From a virus (taxonomy: Duplodnaviria > Caudoviricetes), in IMG/VR virus record IMGVR_UViG_3300005805_000002, positions 10,190 through 74,189 of that record: DNA of 64,000 nt, one strand, 5' to 3'. The position numbers were made by a program, and so were the translations under genes. Shown here one piece after another: positions 1 to 9,800 of the stretch (positions are counted from its first letter, which is position 1; each line of letters opens with the position of its first letter). A model generated the notes under the pieces. The model saw only the letters and a program-made list of their open reading frames with translations, searched no databases and was not told the origin of the DNA.

Positions 1-2
1 GT

Positions 3-1829
3 AACGACGGGTATGCTAGCCTCGGCACCAAAGGGCAAGCGGAGTCGTATGCTTGGATCTACGCGGATCAAGGGGATTGTAATGCTCGGCTAAGGGCATT
101 TGGAGCGGACGCTTCGTTGGAGGCGTGGAACAACCAACAAGACCGCGCTATTTATCTAAATACTAAGGAGTTTCCGAATACATCGTCTGGTACAAAGAAA
201 AAACGTCTAGTAGCCGCTTCTGAGAGTTATAGCAACGGTGCGAAACCGACTATGGTTAAGCTGCGGGAGCTTGAACTATCGATTCCGCATGGATGTCCTT
301 TTGACATTATTTTCAATGTAGCCGACAGCTCTAATTCGGCGTCCGGCGCTGTCAAACATACGGGATGTGTAAATCAAGACGGAGAGCTTGTCGGCAACGA
401 CGTGTACGAGCGATATGCTGCTGCGAGAGCGGAGTCCGCCCAAACGGGTTTTGTGGCTTACTGGGAGCCGTCGTCTCGCGTTTACCTAGACAACTCTGTT
501 AAGACAGACGAGACATACACCTACGGGTACGCCGACAACGGCACATCGAGCCACAGGCTCCGATCAAAAGCCTTTCGCTCGGAGTTAGAGTTATGGCGAG
601 ATGACGGAGAAGGGTACGCGTTGTTGAGACAAGAATCGTTTGCTACCTCTCTGTGGTGCAACGCTGGGGGTGAAGTATACAACGTAAAAATGGCGGCGGA
701 TACCGGAGCCGACAGCTCGTACTTCAGAGCCTACGGGTCTGGCTCGAACGTGTTCACCTCCATGCATACGGAGCCTGACAAGGCGTCCACGTGGGGCTAC
801 TCCAACAACCAGCAAAATCTTTATACAAATGAAGCGTCGGCCACCGCAGTGTTTTGGCGGGGCTCGATGTCGTCTGCGACTTACAACACGCTGGACGTAA
901 AAGCCGCTGAAGCTGGCGCGTGGGGTTACTGCGCCAGCGCCACGAATCAGTATACCGCAGGTGCTAAAGCTACTGAGGTGTTTTATAGAACGCAGCTTTC
1001 TTCTACGTACAACAGTATGGACGCGAAGTCGGCTGAAGCGGGTAACTGGGGCTACATTAGTAACGGGTCCAACCAGTATACTCTCGGGGCCAAATCTTCT
1101 GAGGTCTTCGTTAGAGCACAACTCTCTTCTACGTACAACAGTATGGACGCCAAGTCGTCCGAAGCGGGAAATTGGGGCTACATATCCGGCGGGTCTAACG
1201 CTTTTACGGCCGGAGCAAAATCTTCGGAGGTATTCTTCCGCGCGCAGCTCTCTTCCGTGTACAGCACGATAGACGCTAAGAGCATTGGAGCTGGGTGTTG
1301 GGGATACACAAACAACGGAACTATTCAGTACACGCTCGGGGCCCAAAGTTCGGAGGCCTTTCTCAGAGGGCAGTACAGCCAGTCATACGTAGGAATTTCT
1401 GTGAAAAACGCGTCTGGCGATATCTGGGGGTATACGTCGGGAACTACCCAGTGGAAAGCAATCGCGACGTCAAGTAATGCCAAGATGCAGGTGTTTAACA
1501 GCTCCGGCTGGGCTGAGATATTTGCGTCTGGAAGCCAAGTCAACTTCGCCGCGTCGCTAAATAACGACTACGCGTACCTCACTCAAAACACGCTTAGTAT
1601 CGAGTATGCGAACGGAGATAGCGCTACAGTCAATCCCGGTGAGGCTTGGCTGAACTACAGCAGCGGTGCATGGCTTCAGTTGTATGGCGGCGGTGTCTAC
1701 ATGAACGACGGGTCAAATTATGTGGATATCCAGCCCCCCAGTGGTAAAGACGCTTACTTCAGGCAGGTGACTCTCTGCGTGAATGGCGAGTCAAAAACGG
1801 CATATTTCTTAATGACTGAACCGGAGTAG
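3..1829 (+). CDS. Tail fibre/spike-like protein, 5'-truncated, with ~42-aa tandem repeats
   Basis: Frame is open from position 3 (NDGYASLGTKG...), so the true start lies upstream of the window. About five repeats of YTxGAKSSEVFxRAQLSSTYNSMDAKSxEAGxWGY. Lies in the structural gene block. Confidence 0.6.
   Translation, partial: NDGYASLGTKGQAESYAWIYADQGDCNARLRAFGADASLEAWNNQQDRAIYLNTKEFPNTSSGTKKKRLVAASESYSNGAKPTMVKLRELELSIPHGCPFDIIFNVADSSNSASGAVKHTGCVNQDGELVGNDVYERYAAARAESAQTGFVAYWEPSSRVYLDNSVKTDETYTYGYADNGTSSHRLRSKAFRSELELWRDDGEGYALLRQESFATSLWCNAGGEVYNVKMAADTGADSSYFRAYGSGSNVFTSMHTEPDKASTWGYSNNQQNLYTNEASATAVFWRGSMSSATYNTLDVKAAEAGAWGYCASATNQYTAGAKATEVFYRTQLSSTYNSMDAKSAEAGNWGYISNGSNQYTLGAKSSEVFVRAQLSSTYNSMDAKSSEAGNWGYISGGSNAFTAGAKSSEVFFRAQLSSVYSTIDAKSIGAGCWGYTNNGTIQYTLGAQSSEAFLRGQYSQSYVGISVKNASGDIWGYTSGTTQWKAIATSSNAKMQVFNSSGWAEIFASGSQVNFAASLNNDYAYLTQNTLSIEYANGDSATVNPGEAWLNYSSGAWLQLYGGGVYMNDGSNYVDIQPPSGKDAYFRQVTLCVNGESKTAYFLMTEPE
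822..1452 (+). repeat. About five tandem 126-bp (42-aa) coding repeats
   Basis: Units start near 822, 951, 1077, 1203 and 1329. Units 2 and 3 differ mostly at synonymous sites. Confidence 0.85.
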
Positions 1830-1835
1830 AAAACA

Positions 1836-2336
1836 GTGGTCGTTCTTCCATCGCCTTATAACGATACTTGCAGCGAAGGCGGGTGCTGCTTGGACGAGGA
1901 GTGCAGCCTCACGTTAATCCATGTAGACGAAAATCGCTGCGAAGATGATATATACGATATCTACGTGGTTAGAGGAGATGGGTCTTGGAGATACATAGAG
2001 CAAATTGACTTGGTGTCGTCCCCGGCTGGGTGCTGTTACGAAGACGAGGATGGTAATGAATGTCCGCAAACTGAAAAACAGGTTAGTTTGACGATATCTA
2101 ATGATGATTTGAATGCTTGTTGTAGATTAAAAATAAGACTGGAACAAGTGGGCTCTAACTGCTGTGGTACGTACACGAGATTCAGTATAGAAGGCCCGTC
2201 AGGAGCAGAAGTATTTAGTTCGTATTTTAGTGGCACATTTGAGGAAGAGTTCGATGCCAGAGAACTGTGCGTGTCTAATAGCGGGGCAGCAGCAGCAGCC
2301 GTGCCGTTTAGCATGGGCGAAATTGGAATTGTGTAA
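1836..2336 (+). CDS. Cys-rich acidic hypothetical protein (possibly tail-associated)
   Basis: 166 aa with several CC pairs; tightly packed after the fibre gene. Confidence 0.6.
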   Translation: MVVLPSPYNDTCSEGGCCLDEECSLTLIHVDENRCEDDIYDIYVVRGDGSWRYIEQIDLVSSPAGCCYEDEDGNECPQTEKQVSLTISNDDLNACCRLKIRLEQVGSNCCGTYTRFSIEGPSGAEVFSSYFSGTFEEEFDARELCVSNSGAAAAAVPFSMGEIGIV

Positions 2337-2339
2337 CGA

Positions 2340-3578
2340 ATGAAATTTCTACACAGCCTGTGCGTAGTGTCACCAGAGCCGATACCCGCGCCGGAAACGC
2401 TTTACGGATACTGGGAAAATTTTGGAAGCATTCAAAGCGGTTTGTGCTGGACGCTGTCTTTCTTGCGGTTGAAAAACTTATGCACGGAACTTGGTGGGAC
2501 TGTAGAGTTTTGGGGCAACGAGCAGGGTATAGACTTTATCAATGAACTCGGGCTTATCTACGATAAGATAGTACACATCAGCAACGAGGACACTGAGAGG
2601 TCGCCGGAGCGCTTCTGGAGCTTTGGAAAAGTGCTTACCTTGTCAAAGCAAACAGTGCCCTTTTTACACGTGGACGGAGATGCTTTCTTTGCGAAGCCGC
2701 CCCCGGAGCAGTGGCTAAACTCAGCGTTCATCGTTCAGGGGAGAGAGGAGTGGAACCCCAACCGAGCATGGTCGTGGTTTTACGGTTTGTTCGCCACGCT
2801 TTCTCGAATAGGAGTTCGCGATCCGTTAATGGACTTGGTGTGGGAGACGGCGCACTCTAGCAAGTGCCAAGGGGACACGAATACGTGGAATTTCGGAGTT
2901 GTAGGCGGGTCCAGTTCATTAATACCTGAAGCATGTGATCAAGTCGTCGAATTTGCTCGGAAGTTCGCGCCAGAAATAGATAAGTGTGGCGGAAAGATCT
3001 TCCCGGCCTGTGTGCTTGAACAGATGTGGGTTCCGCTGCTTCTTAGGGCGAGAGGAGTGGAACCTACCCCGCTTTTGTCGGAAAAAGATTACCAAAAGCA
3101 AGCCGTGGATCTTGGCTACGCTCATTACTTAGAGAATGCTAAAAAAAGCCCCTCTCACTTGAATCAAGTGCGAAATCGAGTGGCTGAGCTTTGGCCCGAG
3201 GCTCCCGTCCTGAAAAGCAAGTACGACATTCGTCCGAAAAGAATTGCAAAACAACTAGAGTATCGGGAACCTTCGTTGAGTAAGAAGGCCCAGTCGTTGT
3301 CTAAAGACATGGCCGCTTGGATGAAGCGCGGACTGCCAACGGTACCGGACTCGGTGTTTGAAAAGCGTCTGGCAATCTGCTCAGACTGTGAGTTCTGGGA
3401 TGAGAAGGGCTTTTTTGGTACGGGTAAGTGCCTAAAATGTGGGTGCTCTTCCAAAGCTAAGCTAAAAATGGCGACATCAAAGTGCCCCGTTGACAAATGG
3501 GGCCCCGAAGAATTTTATGCAAAACCAACAACCAACACCAATGGTGACAATAACAGTAACCCCGCAACAGCTAGTTGA
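2340..3578 (+). CDS. DUF6734-like glycosyltransferase-type domain fused to a C-terminal DUF6171-like Cys cluster
   Basis: WTLSFLRL...FWSFGKVLTLSKQTVPFLHVDGDAFF carries a DxD motif and matches recalled DUF6734 pattern. C-terminus RLAICSDC...KCLKCGC...KCPVDKW. Confidence 0.6.
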   Translation: MKFLHSLCVVSPEPIPAPETLYGYWENFGSIQSGLCWTLSFLRLKNLCTELGGTVEFWGNEQGIDFINELGLIYDKIVHISNEDTERSPERFWSFGKVLTLSKQTVPFLHVDGDAFFAKPPPEQWLNSAFIVQGREEWNPNRAWSWFYGLFATLSRIGVRDPLMDLVWETAHSSKCQGDTNTWNFGVVGGSSSLIPEACDQVVEFARKFAPEIDKCGGKIFPACVLEQMWVPLLLRARGVEPTPLLSEKDYQKQAVDLGYAHYLENAKKSPSHLNQVRNRVAELWPEAPVLKSKYDIRPKRIAKQLEYREPSLSKKAQSLSKDMAAWMKRGLPTVPDSVFEKRLAICSDCEFWDEKGFFGTGKCLKCGCSSKAKLKMATSKCPVDKWGPEEFYAKPTTNTNGDNNSNPATAS

Positions 3579-3723
3579 TCTCCGGACCTTTCTGGAGAGA
3601 ACTGAACTGAAGGGATTCGAGAGCGTCCGGTTCCTTGAGCTGGCTCAGGCCATCGGCCGGGCCAAGGAAGAGCCTTCGGAAGACCGCCCGATTCCTGAAT
3701 TAAAGGTTGAAGAAAAACGGTGA
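3541..3723 (+). CDS. Small hypothetical protein (60 aa)
   Basis: ATG at 3541, MVTITVTPQQLVDLRTFLERTELKG...; fills the gap before the next gene. Confidence 0.55.
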   Translation: MVTITVTPQQLVDLRTFLERTELKGFESVRFLELAQAIGRAKEEPSEDRPIPELKVEEKR

Positions 3724-3743
3724 CGCGGTAAGATACCGCGACA

Positions 3744-4664
3744 ATGTTGACTCTTCAGCAAGCTGTAGAGCAGTTACCCCTGCTCAAGAAATCGCAGACC
3801 GCCGCTTATCAGGTCAATCTGGCCTGTGAGCGGTTGGTCGCGATGGGCAAATTCAAGGGCTGGGTTCTGCCCCTGAATTTACACGTTTACGAGAAAGGCA
3901 CGGTAACCCTCCCGGGGGATTTCGAGACTATGCTAGGGGCTACTTTGAACGGCTCCGCTCAAGAGGTCAAAGACCCTTGGTACGAATTTGCCCCCAGACC
4001 CAACCGAGAGTATAAGCCAGATCCGGAGTTCTATCCTGCGGATCTCGGCGACAAGCATGTGACTTACAGGTCGCCTGCCGGGGCTGCCGAGTTACGGGTT
4101 ACGGCCGCTGACGCGGGCGATGAAAACACGGAAATAACTGTCAAAATCCGACAGTCCAACGACCAAGGCGTCCGAGCCGAAACTTCCGAATGGACCGGGA
4201 CAGTCGCGGACGCCAACGGGTTGTTCAATACAGTACCCATCGACGAAGTGATCAGTTTCTCAAAACCCCGCACCAGCGGGCACCTTGTGCTGTCGGCTAT
4301 GCTGAATGGTCTGTGGGTGGAGGTTGGTCGTTTCCAGCCGCGAGACACCGAGATTAGTTTCCGTAAGTATTCTATTCCCGCCGCCGAAGAAGGGGACACC
4401 GTTGTTGCCTATTGCAAAAAGCGATTCCGCCCCGTGGAGGAGCTGACCGACGAACTTCCCGTAGAATCAATTTATGCCTTGCGTTTGGCGCTCGAAGCAT
4501 TATTGTCCGAAACGGAAGGTGACATCGAAAAAGCGTCTAATTTCTGGGCGCTCTCTCGAAAGGCTCTTTCCGACGCACTGTCAGAATTCCGCAGTTCAGC
4601 AGTGCGCACTGTGCCGATCTATTGTCGTGCCGCTGCGGGATCGAAACTTCGGGCTATCCGATAA
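3744..4664 (+). CDS. Putative virion structural protein (tail tubular/adaptor-like)
   Basis: 306 aa just before the internal-virion genes; function inferred from position only. Confidence 0.4.
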   Translation: MLTLQQAVEQLPLLKKSQTAAYQVNLACERLVAMGKFKGWVLPLNLHVYEKGTVTLPGDFETMLGATLNGSAQEVKDPWYEFAPRPNREYKPDPEFYPADLGDKHVTYRSPAGAAELRVTAADAGDENTEITVKIRQSNDQGVRAETSEWTGTVADANGLFNTVPIDEVISFSKPRTSGHLVLSAMLNGLWVEVGRFQPRDTEISFRKYSIPAAEEGDTVVAYCKKRFRPVEELTDELPVESIYALRLALEALLSETEGDIEKASNFWALSRKALSDALSEFRSSAVRTVPIYCRAAAGSKLRAIR

Positions 4665-4682
4665 TTTCTCCATGCACGACTT

Positions 4683-5705
4683 ATGGCTGAACCATCACTT
4701 GATCAATTAGAAAAGCAAATTGCTGTGCTGCAAGCTCGCGCAGCGCAAATGCGGGGCGGTCAACAACCGACCGCGAACCCGTATAGCATAGCCACTCAGA
4801 TGTCCACTGGGGCCAAGGCGGCAGCAGACGCCGCTGACGCGATGATGCCTCAAGCTCCCGGCGCTCCCGTACCACGTCCGGATTCTAGTCCCGTTCCGGT
4901 TCCCGGTCAGATCGAGGTGTCTCCCGAGGAACAACGCGCTCGTCAGATCGAAGCAGCTCTCAGAAACGTGGGGTTCGCCGGGGCTATGCTGCAAATGGGA
5001 CGCCCTCCTCGTAGACCGATCACGTCATCGAAGATGCCCAGAGACCCGTATGACGACTACGCTGCCGCTCAAATGCAGGGCGTGATTGCTCGTGAATTGG
5101 GGGGCATGGGAGGCATAGGTGGATTCGGCGGGATGCCAAATATCGCCATGCCGAAAGACCCGCAAAACATTTTCCCGCGCAGGCCCCCTGCTGGTGAAGG
5201 GGGCGAGGTAATTCTGCTTGGGGCCGACCGCGCTAACTCGGCTTTTAATAACTTCTTGAGAAGCTCCCCAGCAGATCAAGCTAAACTGGAGCAGCGAGCC
5301 GCTTCGGCCGGAATGGACGTTCGCAACTTCCTTTCGCTTTCTAGTTTGGATCAATACAAAGCCATCAACGGAACGTTGGGTCAACCAACGCCCTCTTCAG
5401 TCGCTACAGGTCGTCCTAGAGAAACAACCAGATATACCGCCAATGGTGCCGAAACTGCTTTTACTAACACACCCCAGCAGTTCCCGGGCGCTGCCCAAAC
5501 TCGCATTGACGCAAGAGGAGTCCAGATTACAAATTACCCCAGCGGGGCAGTCACGATGCTCGGACCGGGAGTCCGGGGAGCCGGGGTTCCCGCGAACTCG
5601 CCGCGAGCTAGCAGCGAAGTTGCTCGGGAACTGACCTATAGAAGCAACCTTGCAGGCGCAGCCCTCAACTCGCTAAATCGCCCGTCTATGCGATTTGGTT
5701 TCTAA
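4683..5705 (+). CDS. Putative internal virion (ejection) protein
   Basis: 340 aa rich in A/G/P/Q/M; podovirus-like position before the giant protein. Confidence 0.45.
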   Translation: MAEPSLDQLEKQIAVLQARAAQMRGGQQPTANPYSIATQMSTGAKAAADAADAMMPQAPGAPVPRPDSSPVPVPGQIEVSPEEQRARQIEAALRNVGFAGAMLQMGRPPRRPITSSKMPRDPYDDYAAAQMQGVIARELGGMGGIGGFGGMPNIAMPKDPQNIFPRRPPAGEGGEVILLGADRANSAFNNFLRSSPADQAKLEQRAASAGMDVRNFLSLSSLDQYKAINGTLGQPTPSSVATGRPRETTRYTANGAETAFTNTPQQFPGAAQTRIDARGVQITNYPSGAVTMLGPGVRGAGVPANSPRASSEVARELTYRSNLAGAALNSLNRPSMRFGF

Positions 5706-5709
5706 GACT

Positions 5710-6822
5710 ATGCCACGAGGAGCCGGACGCAGCATTGACCCTCTGGATGACCGTCTTGTGGCGGTCGGCCAAGCTATGGACATCATGGGTTCCGTAATTG
5801 AGAGGGAGCAAAGCTACCGCCAAGAAGCTAGGGCCCAAGCCGCTCTAGCGCTAGACGCTCAGCGTATTGCTCTCGCCCGTTCTCAAGAAGATCGGATGAT
5901 CATCGACCAGCAACGTCGGATCACGCAGGAACAAAATGCCCAGACTGCTTATCAAACGGCAGCGACTGGTCTCATGCAGATCGATCCGGATACTCCGCAG
6001 GCGGCACAAGAGGTCCTCGCGTGGAAATCCTTTGCTGGAAAACACCTAGACGGAAACCAAATGCGCGAACTCTTCGACCCTATCGAGAGCGCTATCGACG
6101 TAAACACGAGAACCTTCGGAGAGTTGCGCGCGAAAACGGGTATCCGTGATCCGATCATCGGCCAAGACGGTCGTTATGACTGGGACGCTACGTTCGACGC
6201 TGCTCAGAGAAATCTGGACGAGCTTAAACTTCGGACCGAGTCGTGGAGCGACGACGGGCGCTTTCTCTATCACAACCTTCGAGAAAAAGCGGGCTTTGGT
6301 GAATACGAGGCAATGAGCCTCGCTAATCAGAGCGAAGAAGCCCGCCGCTTGATTGAAGGGGCCCAAGCTGCGGCCAAGGAGCTGGGCCAGCCTCTGCTAA
6401 TCGAAAAGGATGACATGGAGCGTATGCGTCGAACCGTTCTTCCCAGCTCTTCCTATGGAGTAAGCGCGGTGCCCCCAGCCGGAGCTTTGGGCACTGACTT
6501 TGTGAATGCTCCCGGTCTCGGCAGCTACATTTATGATTTGGACGAAGTGAAAAACTGGCTCGCGGGCAAAGTAGATCCGGTCATCATCAAAGCGCAAAAC
6601 GACAAACTAAAACGTGCGGATGAAGCGCAAGACGTCTGGATGCAGGGTCAGAAAAACGACGCGGCCGAGTCCGCAGCTCGCGCCAATTACTACAATGCTC
6701 AAGCAGACAAAGCCCGCATGACCACCGTAACTCCCGACAGCCAGCCCTACGTTGATCCGCTCGCCCCGGACGGTGGACAACCAAACCGAGGAAACCTTCC
6801 TTTTGACCCTGTAGGACCCTAG
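5710..6822 (+). CDS. Putative internal virion (ejection) protein
   Basis: ATG at 5710; helical, A/Q/E/R-rich; directly before the giant gene. Confidence 0.45.
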   Translation: MPRGAGRSIDPLDDRLVAVGQAMDIMGSVIEREQSYRQEARAQAALALDAQRIALARSQEDRMIIDQQRRITQEQNAQTAYQTAATGLMQIDPDTPQAAQEVLAWKSFAGKHLDGNQMRELFDPIESAIDVNTRTFGELRAKTGIRDPIIGQDGRYDWDATFDAAQRNLDELKLRTESWSDDGRFLYHNLREKAGFGEYEAMSLANQSEEARRLIEGAQAAAKELGQPLLIEKDDMERMRRTVLPSSSYGVSAVPPAGALGTDFVNAPGLGSYIYDLDEVKNWLAGKVDPVIIKAQNDKLKRADEAQDVWMQGQKNDAAESAARANYYNAQADKARMTTVTPDSQPYVDPLAPDGGQPNRGNLPFDPVGP

Positions 6823-6833
6823 CGGAGAACGTT

Positions 6834-9800
6834 ATGGCCTTTAACGAGTCCGCATTGGAACAACCCTACATGAGCTGGGACGACGTCGTGTCGTCCGAGG
6901 CTTACCGTTCGCGCAATAACGAAGAGCGGCTGGAGACCTTCGACAACTGGTCGGAGTACAATGTCGCTTATCGGCAGAAGCAAATGGGGGGCATGGACCC
7001 CGAAGCTATCAAGCAAGTTGAGCCCGCCTTGAAAGAGGAGGAAGAGTGGATGGTCTCCAAGCGCGAAGAGCTTGCAGGCCGCTATTCCATCCCCGGTCTC
7101 CTCGAACGGGAGGGCGTCCCTGCGGAAGACTCGGGCAGAGTCATTGACATCTTGCAAGACAGTAGCTCCCTCAAACAGCAGGGTTTCTCGGATAAACAAA
7201 TCAGTGAAGCCCGGGAAAAAGTTTGGGACGCCTACGGCCAGTCATTCAAGTTTTCCCAGACCGGACCATCTGGAGAGCTTTCTGAGTCAGACGAAGAGTT
7301 GAAGAAGCGGTTTTGGGAAGACCCGACCGTAGGGGATAACCTCAACACGGTTTGGAATCAGTTCGCCAACAATACGTATACCGTTGCGCTTCGCACGCTC
7401 GCGGGCATTGCCGACTTTTCGGACCGGGGTTCCGCCATGCTCGCCAACGCAGGATCGATGCTCGGTCTACCCGAAGACGAGAAATACACGGACTTTGAGG
7501 GCAAAAAAGACGAGCGCTTCTTTGGGAGTATCGCCAATTGGGCCCGAGGTTTGTCCGACGAGATCAGCGCGGGTCTACCTACAGACCCGAGGCTGGGACG
7601 GTACACGCAAGCGGCCATTGGAGGCGCTACCCAGATGCCCATCAACCTTGTCACGGCTCCGTTCACGGCGCTCAACGCCGTCACAAACTACGGGCAGATG
7701 TACGAGGACAACTACCAAACGTTCAGGGACGCACACGCTCGTGCCATCTATGACGAAGCGGTAGATGCGGGACGAATCTCTCCCGAGACTTCGTTTGACT
7801 TGTGGGAGTCCCGTTTGACAGACGAGGAGAAAGCCGACATCAGCGGGGCAGCCGCGTGGAAAGCGGCCATTGTCGCGGTCCCGCAAGCGGCTCTTGAGAC
7901 GGTAATGGATAAGTTTTTGGTCAACGGCATTCCACTTGAAGGTGTCCCGGGAGGCAAAGTCGTTGGCAGCCTTATGTCGTGGGGTAGGCGCAGTATGCCC
8001 AAGGTCACTGCGGCCACAGCCATATTCGGGTCAGCCACGGCAAAAGGCGTGGGAGAAGCTATTACCGAAGGCCTTCAAGACTTTCCCAAGAACGTCGTTG
8101 AGACGGCCATCGAAGGCAAGGCCACGGGCGTCGGTGATTTCGTTGCTCGCTCTTTCAAAGATTTGGACCTTTCAATGGTTGGCGGGTTTGCGGGCGGTAC
8201 AACTGCTGGAGGCATCACGGCGAATACAACTCTCCGTCAGGAGCGCGCGGCTCAGTGGGCCATCGGCATGGTCGATCAGACCAGCGACGTTTATAAGAAA
8301 GCCGCCGAACGGGTTGAGCAGACCAAGCAGCAGGCCGGAGAGCAGTCGCTCCAATACAAAGAAGCCTCCCGCAATTTTGAGGCTCTTCAGGATCAAGCCC
8401 ACTGGATCCTTAACAAACTCAGTGACCCCAAAGCGGATAGCACTCGTGCGGCAGTGGCCGAGGAGCGGGCTAAAGCAACCAAGACTTTCAGGGACGAGTT
8501 CACCAACTGGGCCAAGCAGAACGGATTCGAGAATGCTCTGGCTGCCGGAACCGAGGGTAACCGTGATTTCAACCGGAAGGTTGCTGAGATTCGCGGCAGG
8601 TTCGCCAACCTCCGTCGCGCTGCGCAATCTCAAGGTCTCACGCAGACTGCTCAAGCTATCAACGAAGCAGAGAGAACCCAAGTAGCCGAGGCTGCCAAAG
8701 AGCTGACCGACAGGCAGAAAGAAGCCCAAGACGCCATCAATGCGTTCATCGGTTCCGTGGATCAGACGGGACCCGGTCGGGCGGCTTACGCTCGTTCGGA
8801 GATCATGCGCGTTTTTCCCGACTTTGCTTTCTCGGAAGATTTCAAAAATGATGACGTGGTCATTGGGATCTTGGATGCCTTGGAAAGCCGGGAGATCAAC
8901 GCCGATACCGACTTGGCTGCATGGCTGCAAAAGGAAATTCCTTCGGCCAAGGTTGAAGACAACGTCGCCAACCCGCCTTCAGAAACTGTTCAAGCCCCGA
9001 CTGCCACACAAACTCAAACCACTCCGCAAGACAATGGGCAGACAAGCACCGAAAATCAAACAAGCGGGGAGACTGCGGCGGTTCCTGATGCAGCAACAGA
9101 TGGATCAGGAACTGGAGTCGGATCTGAGACGGGGGGAACCGGAACAGTATCGGTCGTCGAGACCGCTACAGACACCGGAAACACCCAAGCTCCCGGAACG
9201 ACTACGACCGCCAATGTTCCCGCCGTAAACCTAAGCGCAGACCCCGAACTAGAGACCGCAGTCACGCAAGCAAAGACGGCGGAAGAGTTCGAGGCTTGGG
9301 CCAAAAAGAATAAACGCGACGCAATCCGGCCTCCTGAAGGCGGGATCTATTCTCCGCGAGTCTATTGGTCTACGCGGCAACAGCAGGCGGAAAACCAGAC
9401 TCAACAAGCCCCCGAGGAGACTACTCAGAATGTCGAAACCACTGCCGAGACAGGAGCAACTGGAGAGACTACTCCAGAGTCTACTGCTAATGAGACGCAA
9501 CCTACGCCGCCTCCGGCTGTTGACACGGCCGCAATCGTCGCAGAAGTCGAAGCCAACCCGCAAACGCACTCCCGTAAAGTTGGTCGCAAAACGGAAATCT
9601 CGCGTGAAGCGGCGGTCGCAGCGCTGAGCAAACTTCCCGAAGGGACCATCTCCCGCCGCCAAGCCATTGAGCTTGGAAAGTCGCTCAATTTGTCCGGTCC
9701 GAGAGTCGCGCGGCTGGCCGCTCTGCGTGGGGATGCTGCCGCTGCTTCCGACATTCTTGCCGGAAAGTACGACGCCGATCTCGGCCTGTTCGACCGCGCC

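Noticed and set aside
822-1452. Fibre repeats as a diversity-generating retroelement TR/VR pair
   Set aside because: No reverse transcriptase in the window; differences are mostly synonymous, not adenine-specific.
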